64,000 nt of DNA from Vicugna vicugna (Eukaryota), in assembly GCA_013265495.1 (NCBI GenBank), contig MU058844.1, positions 12,732,184-12,796,183 on the forward strand. Reading direction: 5' to 3'. Position numbers and translations under genes: made by a program. Numbering within the stretch: position 1 is the stretch's first letter; every line of letters starts with the position of its first letter. This document shows positions 50,736 to 64,000 of the stretch, piece after piece. The notes under the pieces were generated by a model. The model saw only the letters and a program-made list of their open reading frames with translations. It had not been told where the DNA came from and did not search any database.

Positions 50736-52753
50736 AGGCCAAACAAAACATCTTTGAGCCAAATCCAACCCATGGGGTATCATTTTTCAACCTCTAATCT
50801 AAGAATGGTCATGGAGAGTACAGGTGCTACCCAAAAATGGAGCATTTTTGCATGGTTTGTCATTTAATCCTCTCAACAACACTACAAAATAAACATTTTT
50901 ATAACCCCAATTTATACATGAGGAAACTGAGACTCGAAGAGCTTAAGCTTACACAAAATTATATAACCTGTAAGTGGAAGAGGAAGGACTCAAGCACAGC
51001 TAATCACATTTTATTTCCACATTGCCTCTATGAAAGTATATTTTCCCCCTCATGTTAAAATTTCAGAATCATTTTGTTTATTTTCCATTTCCTATTCAGA
51101 GCATTTATACCTCTGGAGCTAAAAGTATTCTTATCACTCCTCTTCTTTATAATATCTGCTTTTCTCTTATTCCATTCAATCATCCCTTTCTGTCAGCCAC
51201 AAACAAGGCTTTCTGAACCAGAAGGGAAAGAAGGAAAGGAAGGTAGAAATGGGCAAAGGAAGGGAAGGAGAACCCAGTAGTGTGGTCAGATTTTGCTGGT
51301 CTGGTCAGTAGTCCCAATAATGGGGTCTGAAGAGGGGCAGGGGGAGAACACAGGGTTAATTTGGCCTGGGGTCCACATCCAAGAAGGGATGTGATGATTA
51401 TGACTAAAGAAGTATTTGTCAGAGAGGCAGTGGTAGTTGTTCCAGAGGGATCTGTGGGGTGCAAAGCAGAATCTCATCTACATCTGAGGGACAGTGGCGT
51501 AGTTTGGGTATCAGGATAAGAGGACAAGAAATGGATAAGCAGGTTGTCAAGGCCCTACCTAGGGTCCAGGACTGAGCTATGTTCTCAGGAAAAATTGACA
51601 TGAAATCCAGGAGCTGGCTAGAAGCCCTAATCTAGGACCTGAACTTAAAGACGGAAAGTTAGGAAAGGAAAATGCACCCTGATGGCTGAGCAAGTACTGC
51701 AGGTTTCCCCTTTGGTCCCCTGTATATCAAGCTGAGAATAGCAAGACTAATTCCAGCCTCTTTCTTTAAGTCACCTTGCAGGTAGTGATAGGACTGAGTT
51801 CATAAAGCAACATACCTGTGTCTGGGCAACAGCTGAACATGGTAAGGACTGACCATTTTTACCTAAGGAATAAATCAAAATAAGTTTGCCTGGCTTAGTC
51901 ATATTTATACACCTCTCTGGAAAGACTCAATGAAGTAGACATAAACGATACTTAGAGATACTATTTCAATGAACTCCTAAGATTATATCCTTTTTAAAGA
52001 GTCCCATTACCAATGTAAATGATTACCTTAACAATCTGTACTATGGATATTCTAATGCTCCATAGTCTCTGAGTAAGTATCAGGCTTGTGGACGTCCTGT
52101 CCAATTGTGCATCCACTAATACCTGTTGATATTACATGTGCCTCTTGGTCATTGTGCAGAGTCCTAGTGACCGACCTTTATTGGGCATTTGCCCTGTAAT
52201 ACGCATGGTTATGTTTGCATACATTAATTCACTATTGCTCACAACAACGCTATGAAGTAGGCATCACTTTCATATCCATTTTACAGGGAGGAAATTAAGG
52301 CACAGAAAGGTTCAGTACATCTTTTAGTTGTGCCTGGAAATGTTCCTCAGTTCAAGCAATGAACAATTTAGAGACATAAGACATGTTCAGATATAAACAA
52401 CCAGTCACGCTGCCTCCCCACACATTCACCCAAAGCCTGCTTTTATCCTGAGTATTTATTTCCGCCTTTTGTTCCTGTTGGTATCCAAGCTACTCTTATG
52501 CCATCTGTTGACCAGCATAGGGAACTGTCTGACTCAGTATGTTCTCTTTAATCTTATTTCTCCTTCTAGGAGTTCTTCTAAGACAGTGGAATTCTGTCCT
52601 ACATGCCATTTCCCCTCTTAGTTTGAAAACGTCCACTTTATTCCATATAACACTTAACACATGTCATTTACATCTGAAGAAGATATGGTTATGAGATTCA
52701 TCTGTGCAAGTAAAACACTCTAAGAAATGTAGTCCATACATTGTAAAATTTCA

Positions 52754-53659
<906 letters not shown>

Positions 53660-54734
53660 TCACACCAATTGCCACAGGGGTACCTGACGGGGCTGGAACT
53701 CCAGCTTCACTCTTTGCCTGTACCAGTAATAATTACTTTGTTGAGCCATGCTAAAACTTGTAAAAGTCTCCTGTTCAGCCCTTAGATGAGAGTTAACCAC
53801 GAGATAGGCTAACTTTGAGGATTCTGTGGCCCTAATTCCCAACTCTTGTCACTCTGGGGACACCAGTGAGACAAAAAGGATGGCACAGCTGTCAGCTGCT
53901 CTGAGCTTGGGTCTTCAGTGTTTTCCCTCTTCTACCCTCCAAGTAGTTTCTAAAAAGAAAAAAATAATTTTTCCTTTATTCAAACCTTCCTCCTCCTGTT
54001 CTATTGTTTTTGTCAATGGCAGAGCTGAAGGGTCCCTAGGGATTGCTGGCCCCATTATTCCATCAGTGTCTCATCCACAATTCTTTGATATTGACCTTTG
54101 ACACTCCCTCAGTCTAATATACAGTGCTTTGCAAAATCAATTTTAAGGTTTCTCTTCTAACCACTCTGCAGCCTCTAATCTATCATAAATAGAATTTCTG
54201 GACATGCCATTACCTCCTGGAAATGACTCAGAGAAGGAAGTTTGCTCTTTTCTAAAGCCCACTCATCCTTTGAAGCCCTCATCCTCTGAACTAGGTAGAA
54301 TTAGAGGTGCCTTAATCTCATTCCCACAGTTTGCATGTGTCCAGAAGCATTAGAACCTGGCTTCTCTGCTAGCTTACTTTTAGTGATGTTGTTTGTGCAT
54401 AAAGTTCTTCAGAGTCTGTGGTATGAGATCAGATCCTTTCTTAGTCTCAGGGTAGAGTTTCCTTCTCTAATTAGCTTCTTTCAGTTCTTTTTTGTGGGTA
54501 TAGGAAATAAGAAGGACATTTTTTAAAAGTATTCTTTTACTGTAACGCTTTCTACTCTTTCATTTTACAAATGAAGAAACTGACGGCCGGAGAGGTAAAA
54601 TGACCTGGTCAGATTCACAGAGCAGAGGAGAGCAGAGGACTGAACACAGGGCTCCTGCTTCACAAACTAATGCCTATTTTTCCTGTTTTGTTAAAAAAAA
54701 AAATATGGCAACAGTTTTTAAAATATTATCTTTT

Positions 54735-55191
54735 TGAGGTGGGAAGCCCCATAAAGCAAGACCGGCAGGACCCCCAGGCAGGGCCACTACTCTCCTGCCA
54801 GCACCATCTGGTTCCCTGGCCCAGTGGTTTTATCTCACTTTTTGCCTCTGAAATGGCTAACCGCTAGGAAAGTGGAGCTCACTTCTAATTGGTCCATTTC
54901 CCTCACTCCTGATTGGCTATTTCTCTCCCCCGATTGGTCCATTTCTACAAAGTCTGTTCCTAATTAGTCAACTTTTGTTATACCTTATTTGCATATGATG
55001 TTGCAAAGTGTAAACCGGCAGCCTATAAAAGCCTGTGTAAACCTACAGATGGGGTCCAGAGCTTGGAGTGTTAACTCCTCTGGGCCCACTGGTGTAATAA
55101 ACCTGAGTTCTCCAACTCTCCGAGTGCTGCTTGGTCTCTCGCCTGGATCCAGGTTGCTGTCACAACTGAGCTGTAACACCGAGCTGTAACA
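54735..55191 (+). mobile_element. Solo LTR (ERV1-like, relatively young)
   Basis: TGAG start, three ATTGG (CCAAT) boxes, TATAAAA ~55024, AATAAA ~55096, ends GAGCTGTAACA (duplicated). Confidence 0.8.
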
Positions 55192-55337
55192 AGTTTTTCT
55201 GCAACATTTCTATAGTATTTGATATTTCAACTATGTTACAAATTCAGTTAGTGTTGTCCCCTCGGGAGTGAATTATTATTTGAATTAAGTTTTCTATGAG
55301 AAATGCATTTCTAAACCTAAATATTTAATTTCCATAT

Positions 55338-55699
55338 TGTCTTAGTCAACTTAGGGAGCTAAAATACCACAGACCAGGCGGCTTAAACAACAGACATGTA
55401 TTTTTCACAGTTCTAGAGGCGGGGAAGTTCAAGATCAAGGTGCTAGCAGATGTGACATCTGGATAGGTCCCTCTTTCTGATTTTCAGATAGTTGCCTTCT
55501 TGCTGTATCTTCATATGGGGAGGCTAGGAGCTCTCTGGTCTCTTCTTCTAAGGGTCCTAATCCCATCATGAGAACCCCACCTTATGACCTCATCTCAACT
55601 TAATTATCTCTCAAAGTCCTCATCTCCAATACCACTACATTGGGGATAATGGCTTTAACATATGAATTTTGGAGAGAACACAGACATTAGTCAATAGCA
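55338..55699 (-). mobile_element. MaLR LTR (MLT1A-like)
   Basis: aaataccacagaccaggcggcttaaacaacag...aagttcaagatcaaggtgctagcag. Confidence 0.85.
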
Positions 55700-58600
55700 C
55701 TTACAAATCTTTGAAACAGCATGTAACACCTTGTAAGATTTAAAGACACTAGTTGAATATTGTAAAATTCTTATATGGAAACAAAGCAATTCCAGGTCTT
55801 GCTCTGAAGGGATAGTCCTGCACAAAAGGTGAGGGAAAGTCATAGTAACCAGCTAGGCTGGAAGGAGACTATCCCTCCCACCATCAACCCATAGTTTTAG
55901 TTCAGTGTTCAGATTCATAGTTTGAGAAATTCAAATTATTCATTACTTTAATATGCTCTTTAATTATGCTCTCCTTATTTCAGCTTTACTATAGCCACTT
56001 ACCTTCTGTCAGGAGTGGCATTAAAGTTACAAGTAAATTATTGTTAGGTCATTTAAAAGGATTAAGTTATATGAATGCTAATTAATAATAACAAAGACAA
56101 GAGTTCATGAGTTGGGAAGCATTTCCCCAATTATTTGCTGTGGGGATAGAAAAAAAATCCCATCTTCAAACACTTTGGGGTTTTCCATGGAGCTAATAAT
56201 TATAAGAGCTACTATTTACTGAGCACTTACTTTGAGGCAGCTACTGCCCTGAAACTACATAGAGAGGGAGAGAGGCCCGTCCAGCCCCCAGCTGCTTCAG
56301 TCCTCCTTGCTTCCTGCCCCGTCTGCTGTTACAGTTTCAGTCACTGACATCACTAGTATGGGAGTCTCTGAGACAGACTCACAGAAGCCATAAGAAGTAA
56401 TAAAATGACTATTGTTGTTTTACTCCACTAAGATGGATGTGGTTTGTTATGGAGTTACTGTAACTGAAACAAGTATGTAAGTATATATAGAAGCAATAAG
56501 CCAAGAACTGGGAAGACCTGAGAGGAAAAGAATTGAAAATGAGAGAAGTTTGCACTTTGGTAGTTTTTAAAGAGCTAATTACAGCATGTATCACATAGAG
56601 AATAGATTGTGTATGTGCACGCACACATATGTGCCAGATTGAGGCAGGGGGTATCAATTTGCATGCCCTACTTTGGGAACTTTGGAAAAATAGGTTACCT
56701 AGAAATTCTATTTTCATGAGGACCCAAAGGTGTACAGAAAAACATATGAAGAAAATTTGGAATTGATATTAAGATTCATAGTATACCAAGATTAACACTT
56801 ACTACAAGACAGTGGTGAAACAAAGACTGCATCCACTCTGCCCATGGCTTTGCTTTTTTAAACCCAGTCTGACTACAGTACCCCACCCACTCTCAAGAGG
56901 AGCCTTCAAATGGTGTTCAGAACAACTCACTGGAACCTCTCTTCTATCCTCAGTCCTATACTTCACTCTCATTCCATGTCCGTTCTTCAGTAAACACACT
57001 ACAGTGACTAAGATTCCAGATTCGAGAAAGAGACTGCTGGTTTTGAATTCTTCCTTTCTCATCTACTAGCAATGTGGCCTTGAGAATCCAACAACTGAAA
57101 AGTTCTTTTTAAAAAGGGAAAAATCAAGGGAGTTATCCAGAGCTGACATGCCCAGGTACAAATAGGGGACTGGTTAAGAGAAACTTCAATGAGCAAGAGA
57201 CTAAAAGGATTTAAATATACAGGAGGTTACAAGCTGCCATAAAATAAACTTAATTTTGAACCCAAAATTTAACCTAGAAAAGCAATGATAAAAGAAATCT
57301 CACTTCTTAAGAAATCAGGAAAAGTAAGAGAGCTCTCTATATGGATTGGAAGAAAATGAAGAAGCCTGTGAATCAGATTACTTTTATGTATATATTGCAT
57401 GTACCACGATTTCCCCACATAAATTACGATGTTTTGTGCCTTAATTGCCTGGCTGAAATGTGATAGGCAGGTGACCCAGTGTGAACCAAGAGTAATGGAG
57501 GAGAGAGAAGGCAAAGCCTATTCTTTGCACTATTATGGCAAAAAAAAAAAAAAAAAAAGCATTTGAGGAACCGTAGGCATCTTTAGATCTTTGGTTTAAG
57601 GGATACCCTGGCCCAAATTCAAAGATAGAAGGTTCCAATTCACTGGTAATTTATTAACTCCCTTCCTCGCTTTGTGTTGTCCTGGCCTGGACTATTTTCC
57701 AACAACCTTAGAACCAAGCAGATCTCTAAAATCCAGGAGACACCATTCAAGCACACCAGATCAGATAAATATTATTTGGACATGCACCCAAAAGTGAGTC
57801 TGCTTTCTTCACAAAATGATTCTACAGAGAGTTTTCTGCTTCCCTAAGAGACCTCAAAAATCAAATGTTTTTTTCGGCAAGTAGCACTCATGTATAGACC
57901 CTAGGATCCTGATAAGCAGTAAGTTTACACTGCGGAAATGAAAACCCTCATTTTTTTAATACTGTTTGAGAAATAATAGGAAATAAAGACCCATGGAACT
58001 CAAATACTTTTCCCCAGTATTAGTGGATCAGTTAAGGAAAATAAATTTGGTGTTAGCATTAAGAATGGGTTTGAAATAGGAAGCAGTTGCTACCCTGACT
58101 AGTTTCAGGTAATGAGACAAAAGCGCTCATGTGTTTGATTGAGATACCAAGGGTCATGGATGTGCTATTCATTTCCATAGAAAGGGAGAAAAAAAGACAT
58201 TCTAAAACTCTTCTCTTTGCTTAACAAAGAAATCTCATAAATATTTAATTACATTTTTAAAAAGTAGAGATGTCAGTTTTAAAACAATTACTAAGGAAGC
58301 AAATTATTAAGATAACCAGTTAGACCACTGGAAGTCACAGGGAACTTTTCAGAGGACACAGTGGCAATCTCTGCTCAAGTCTGGCTGTCTTTAAAAGTCT
58401 CCTTTGTATAAATATCTCTCAAAGAGAGTTTTATGATAACAGAAAACAGTACAGGATTATACATTATTTCAGGTGTCTCCAAACTAAACAGAAAAGTAAG
58501 AGTGGTACTTTTGTGAAAATCCTAGTTTGAACCCTATATCAGAAGTACCTCTATGTTATTGAACAGTGTCTGCTTCTCTGTAAGGGAGAAAGAGCACCTC

Positions 58601-59449
58601 TTCCTCTTTGTTTTTTTCTGAAAAATTTCAGGGGCTGTTTGAGAGAAAAAGGCAAGTCCTAAAACCTTACTTTAAAAAAGCATGTTTGTTAGAGTCTGTG
58701 GTAGTAATTGATAGAGACCCAACTGAGCTACACAAAGTCGGGGCGAGGGGATGAATTTATTATGACAAATGAGATTGTTTCTCTGAACCCAAAGACTGAG
58801 ATACAGCGGATCCTCGGTAGTCACCTGGGACCAGGGCCCAAGCAACACTGGGAAATCAGGAGAGCCTCTCTCCTGGGGGTCTGCTTCCCCTCAGCCTTCA
58901 TTCTGCTCTGTTCCTGCACACTGCCTATCTCTGTTCTCTAGACCATCAGGCAGAAAATATCCACCATCAACAACTCCTTCCCTAGAGTTCAAGAAGTATT
59001 TGGTCCCAGTTCCAAACCTCTAGGAGAAGAGTCTCATTGGCTAACCTCTGTCCCCAGGATGAGCATCTATCTCTGAGATGAGGGAAAAATGTCCAAGTTT
59101 GGGAAGAATATATCTTTATACGGATTGGGAAGGTGAGCTCCAAATTTCCAGAATATGGAGAAAGAGGGCAGTTCCCAGAAAGCTGAAGGATGCCTCTCCA
59201 ACTTATAGGCACATTTTTTAATTAAAGAATTATTATTATGGAAAATTTCAAACATAAATTTAGAATATTTTATTAAAACACCTTATACTATACTTCATCC
59301 AGCTTAGACAGTTGTCAGCATATGCCCAAAGTTGACTCATCTATAACACCACCCATTATTCTACTCTACTGGCATATTTTAAATCAAATCCAAGATATCA
59401 TAAATTTTTATCCCTAAACAATTCAGTTTTTGTCTCTGAAAGATAATGA

Positions 59450-60178
59450 TTTTTAAAAATGTTTATCAAAGTATACTTGATTTAGAATGTCTTGTTAGTT
59501 TTAGGTGTACAGCAGAATGATTCAGTTATACATATATATCTTTTTCAGATTCTTTTCCATTATAGGTTATTGCAGAATATTGAATATAGCTCCCTGGGCT
59601 ATACAGTAGGTCCTTGTTGTTCATCTATTTTATATATAGTAGTGTGTATAAGTTAATCCCAAACTCCTAATTTATTCCTCCCCACCTTTGCCCTTTGGTA
59701 ATCATAAGTTTGTTTTCTCTGTCTATAAGGCTATTTCTGTTTTGTAAATAAGTTCATTTGTATCATTTTTTAAGATTTTACATATAATGATATATAATAC
59801 ATCAAATGATATTTGTTTTTGTCTAATTTACTTCATTTAATATGATAATTTCTAAGTCCATCCATGTTGCTTCAAATGGCATTTTATTCTTTTTGTGGCT
59901 AAGTAATATTCCATTGTATATATCTAGCACATTTTCTTTATCCATCCATCTGTTGATGGACATTTAGGTTGCTTCCATGTCTTAGCTATTGTAAATAGTG
60001 CTGCTATGAACATTGAGGTGCATGTATCTTTTCAAATTAGTTTCCTCTGGATATACGCCCAGGAGTGGGATTGTGCTGGATCATATAGTAACTCTATCCT
60101 TAGTTTTTTAAGGAACCTCCATACTGTTCTCCACAGTGGCTGTACCAATCTATATTCCCACCAACAGCGTAGAAGGGG
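59450..60178 (-). mobile_element. L1 3' end (ORF2 C-terminus and 3' UTR)
   Basis: gtccatccatgttgct, ggacatttaggttgcttccatgtcttagctattgtaaatagtgctgctatgaacatt, aggaacctccatactgttctccacagtggctg. Confidence 0.85.
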
Positions 60179-61734
60179 ACAAGTTCTTGAAGAATTAATC
60201 TATTCTGGGTGATTAATTTTATGTTTCATAGGTAAACTTACCCTATTACACTGGAAATATAATGTACTTTGTATCAATAGCAATGAAATTTCAGGCTTAT
60301 TACTGGTGCCTATTTGTAATGGTTGGTGTTTTCAGGGCAGCACTGGCAGCCCCACTCAAATAAATTAGTGTTCTCTGTTTTCAGCTGATTGATTTGGAAA
60401 GAAGCAAGCTTATATGCTAATATGTAATTGAGTCAAATGAAATCTCCCCTAAAAAGTTAAAATTATGTTTTCAAGCGAATAAGCACTGAGAAGCAATGGC
60501 CTTATCTTGTTTTACGAGGAGAACCAAGGGAGAAAACTGGGAGAGAAGGGGCATTTTTCAATTTACTCAAGTTTGAGTATGAATGTTTGATTTTTTTTTA
60601 CCAGAGTGATCTATTTCCTTCTACCTATTTTATCATAGTAATCTATTTTCTTAACTTCACAAATATGACATAAAAGCCTCTTAGGAAATATTCAGTAAAA
60701 AGTTGCTGTTGCCTGTGCTTCCCATCTCTAAGGGGAGTTTGGAATTTCTACCAGAAGATAAAGAGTTGGAGAAATTTTGATTACTCAAGAAAATGCCTAT
60801 TCAGTCAATTGACAAATATCTATTAAGTTCTTGTTATTGTCTGCTGCTTGGTATACAGTGATCAACAAAATAGACAAATTCCTTCCCCTTCCAGAGATTA
60901 TATTCTAGTGAGAAAGATAGTCAATAAACAAGTAAATACATAAAATTTTGTTAGGTGGTGATAAGCAATATAAAGGAAAATAAAAGCAGGATGCAGGGAA
61001 AGAGTGATAGAGCTGCTAGTTCAATTAGAGTGAATGGTCAAGGAAGCCTCTTTGAAAAAGTGATCCTTGACAAAAATCTAAAGAAAATGAAGGGAGTTAG
61101 CCATGCTAATATTTGGGAGTTGGTGGGTTTTGAAGCTCTGAGTTTTGGTTGATTTTCAAAAGTCTCCAATAAGCTTCTTAACATGATCAAGTCAATCTTC
61201 CTACAGGATGTTCTTAGATTAAGCAGTGAATGCACAAATTCCTGTGCCCTCCATCAGCCTGCCACTGCAGGCTCTGGTTCTGCACGGTGGTTATTTTCTT
61301 GCTCATCTTTGGCCACAAAACACCAACAAGGCTAAGTGCCTCAATTCTTTACAAGACTTTCTGGAGAATGTCTCAACTCTTTCAGTCAACCTGGGATGGC
61401 TATTCCAAGAGGGTCAGGTGGGGGGATGTGTACATGCATGAAGGGGCTTTTCGTCTCATTCTCACATGTCCATCAGCTGCCCAGGTAAAGCCTACAAATA
61501 AATATACAATCTAAGTCATAGTGTACTTGTATAAAGCAACTTCAAAATTAATCCCCAAGTGAATTCCCCTTCCGCACCCCTCCCTATACCCTCAAACACA
61601 CATACACACAAAACAGAGAATGCTGCTCCTAATGCACCCAAATGGATGTTCTGACACCAACACTAACTGGCCTCAAATGGTTCCAGCTCATTTAGCTTTC
61701 ACTAGCTCATCTTCCCTACTGAATTTACAGTCCT

Positions 61735-62285
61735 GCGTTGTTGCAAGCTGAGTTCCCCAGGAACTGACTCTAAGACTGAGTGAGTGCACATGATGTTTCT
61801 TTAAGAAGTGCCTTGTGATGCCAGTTCCTTCCTGTGGAGGGGAAGAGAAGGGAAGGGACAGAAGCCAGAGTGGGCGAGTAGACAGAGGGAGAAGTTGAAT
61901 TGTGATGCAGTCCCAGTGACAGCCATGACTGATGCCACAGGGAGGTCTGGAGTGAGAATGGCTTTTCAGAGCTGTCACAGGTTGGGCCATGATGGCTAGA
62001 CCTTTATGTTCCCACATCAATCGTTTATTTTGAGGAAGCCCAGGTCACATAGAAATGCCATGCGTACATGTTCCAGCCAACAGCCCGCATCTTCCTGTAC
62101 ACGTGTGGATGAGGAAGCCTCAAAATGTCTCCAGCCCCAGCCAGTCTGACTGCAATTCCAAGAGACAGGACTTAGCCGAGCCCACTCACCTCCCAGAACT
62201 ATGAGAGAAACTAATAAAAAGTGGACAATTGTTCTATGCTACTGAGTCCAGGTGGTTTGTTACACAGCTACAGATAGCTGAAACA
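61735..62285. mobile_element. Old ERVL/MaLR LTR relics (LTR16-like, then MLT1-like)
   Basis: gagttccccaggaactgactctaagac; ccagaactatgagagaaactaataaa...gtggtttgttacacagc. Confidence 0.5.
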
Positions 62286-63293
62286 ATGAAGAATCCTCCC
62301 AAAGGATTGAGGCAGATTTATCTCAACATTTTCTAGTCAGAAGCACCTAAAATTATTGTGTTCAGATCTAACCTATACCAAGGCTCCCATCACAGTTTCT
62401 CTCAGGAGATGTTTGTATCCTTCAAAATAAGATCCTAAAATTTGTCTTTAACCTTCCTGAGGTAGACAAGCAGATAATTTTCCTGTGGCAAGTGGCATGT
62501 ATGCTGTGACCCTAAGGACACTGAAGTAACAACTTATTTTCTGTTGAGAGCATCTGTACTACACCACAGAACCAAGGAGCTGTGTCTAGTGGGATATCGT
62601 AGTTTATTGCTTTGTCTTTCGTATGCTCACATTTACTAGTTCATTCTGAGACTTTAATACAGTAAGTAAAAAGTAAGTTACTTTAAAGGAAAAAGTCAAT
62701 AGTGAAACATTTTTTCTTTAAGTTGATGGAAGCCATTGAAAGACTTAAAAGGGAGAACAGCATGCTCTGACTTACATATTTAAAACAATGCTGTTTCTGT
62801 TGTGTGGAGAATAGAAGAAGGAAGATGACTTAGGAGGTTAGGGCAGTCATCCTCAGGAAAGATGATAGACAAGAAATCAGTAGAATTTGATGCTGGATTA
62901 GATATGGAAGATAAGAAAAATAAAATTATTAAGGATGATTTCCAGGTTTCTAGGATGAGCAGCTGTAAGAGAAAGTGGAAAGAGAAGTGGAACTGGAGGA
63001 GATGGAAAGATCAAAAGTCCAGTTTTAGCCATGTTCAAACTCAGATGTCTCCATGAATGAAAATATCAGGAAAAAGCAGTTGGATAATATACACTCTGGA
63101 TCCCCAAGGAGAGGTGTGGGCTGGAGAGGGGAAATAAGAATATAATCCAAGTTGCAAATGAGCTCCTGCATTTGTTGTTTAATCAAATGTGCTTAATCAA
63201 ATGTGCTTTTTATTTCCTTTAGCGTCGTCGAAAATTATTGTTCAGCCTTGCAGAAATGCAGTTGTGCCTTATTATGTAAGGTTGCTGAGAAAG

Positions 63294-63312
63294 GTCCGCC
63301 ATCTGGTGGACA
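63294..63312 (-). promoter_or_regulatory. Candidate CTCF binding site
   Basis: Minus strand TGTCCACCAGATGGCGGAC closely matches the CTCF core (CCACCAG[AG][GT]GGCG) in apparently unique sequence. Confidence 0.5.
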
Positions 63313-64000
63313 GCCATGGAGAGCACTATAAATGTACCTCATCCAACAGGATGGAAACATTGCTGCCAAGTAACACAAATCTTTTAAATGTCATTGTCTT
63401 ATTAACAAACATTCACAACTTTATCTATACTTCTCATTAAGGAAAATTGGTTGCCATGTTTAAACCTAAATCACATCAAAGCGTACAGCATTGAAAAGCT
63501 TTATAAAAGGAATCTTTGGTTTTATAGAGTATTAAAACCAACATTAAGTGTAATTCCCCAAACTGGATTTTCTAGGAACTGCATCAGAGAAGATGTAGTC
63601 TATGGACTGTTTGACAGAAAATAAGCTGATACTTATTTTTCCCCTCAGGGAACAGCCAGTGGGTGCTGGATCTGGCTTACTCAGGCTCTTGAGAGCTAAG
63701 TGTGCACAGCTCTTCCCTCTTTGGTGATTTCAGGCTAGGAGCTTAGAATTGGCCATGGTGGGAGTATTTATACTAATGAAGGCAACAAAACTTCAAATCA
63801 GAGTTTTGTCTTTGTTTTTGTTTTCAGAAAGCCAGTTTACCAGCATACTATGCATATATCTCTTTTTTCTCGATTCCGCCAATCTTAAAAAAAAAAAAAA
63901 AGCATTCCATGGAACACTTGTTTTAAAATAAATTTTACTTACATAGACATTTCCAAATTTGGGAGACCATGGAATCTTTTAGAAAATGTTATTTGAGTTT

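Overview
Repeat-rich mammalian DNA, intergenic or deep-intronic; I recognised no host protein-coding exon. The tRNA-derived SINEs and the young L1 3' end point to a camelid genome (inference). The window opens in the 3' part of a young betaretroviral provirus (1-2824): integrase, env, PPT and a complete 734-bp LTR. Its env looks chimeric. A JSRV-like, arginine-rich long signal peptide (Rej/Rem type) is joined to a gamma-type SU/TM (CWVC, ISD, CX6CC), and the gene is broken only by three single-base frameshifts. The start of U3 holds two 49-nt repeats whose predicted stems are identical while all 9 differences fall in unpaired positions, a candidate RNA response element for that signal peptide. 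Other content: a 5'-truncated young L1 with an intact 1265-aa ORF2 and an 18-bp TSD, nested antisense in an older rearranged L1; an 89-bp near-perfect duplication 10.8 kb apart; a twin-primed L1; several solo LTRs with TSDs; a YWHAQ (14-3-3 theta) processed pseudogene; and many L2, MIR, MLT and MER relics. Repeat family names come from recalled consensus similarity, and boundaries of old repeats are approximate.
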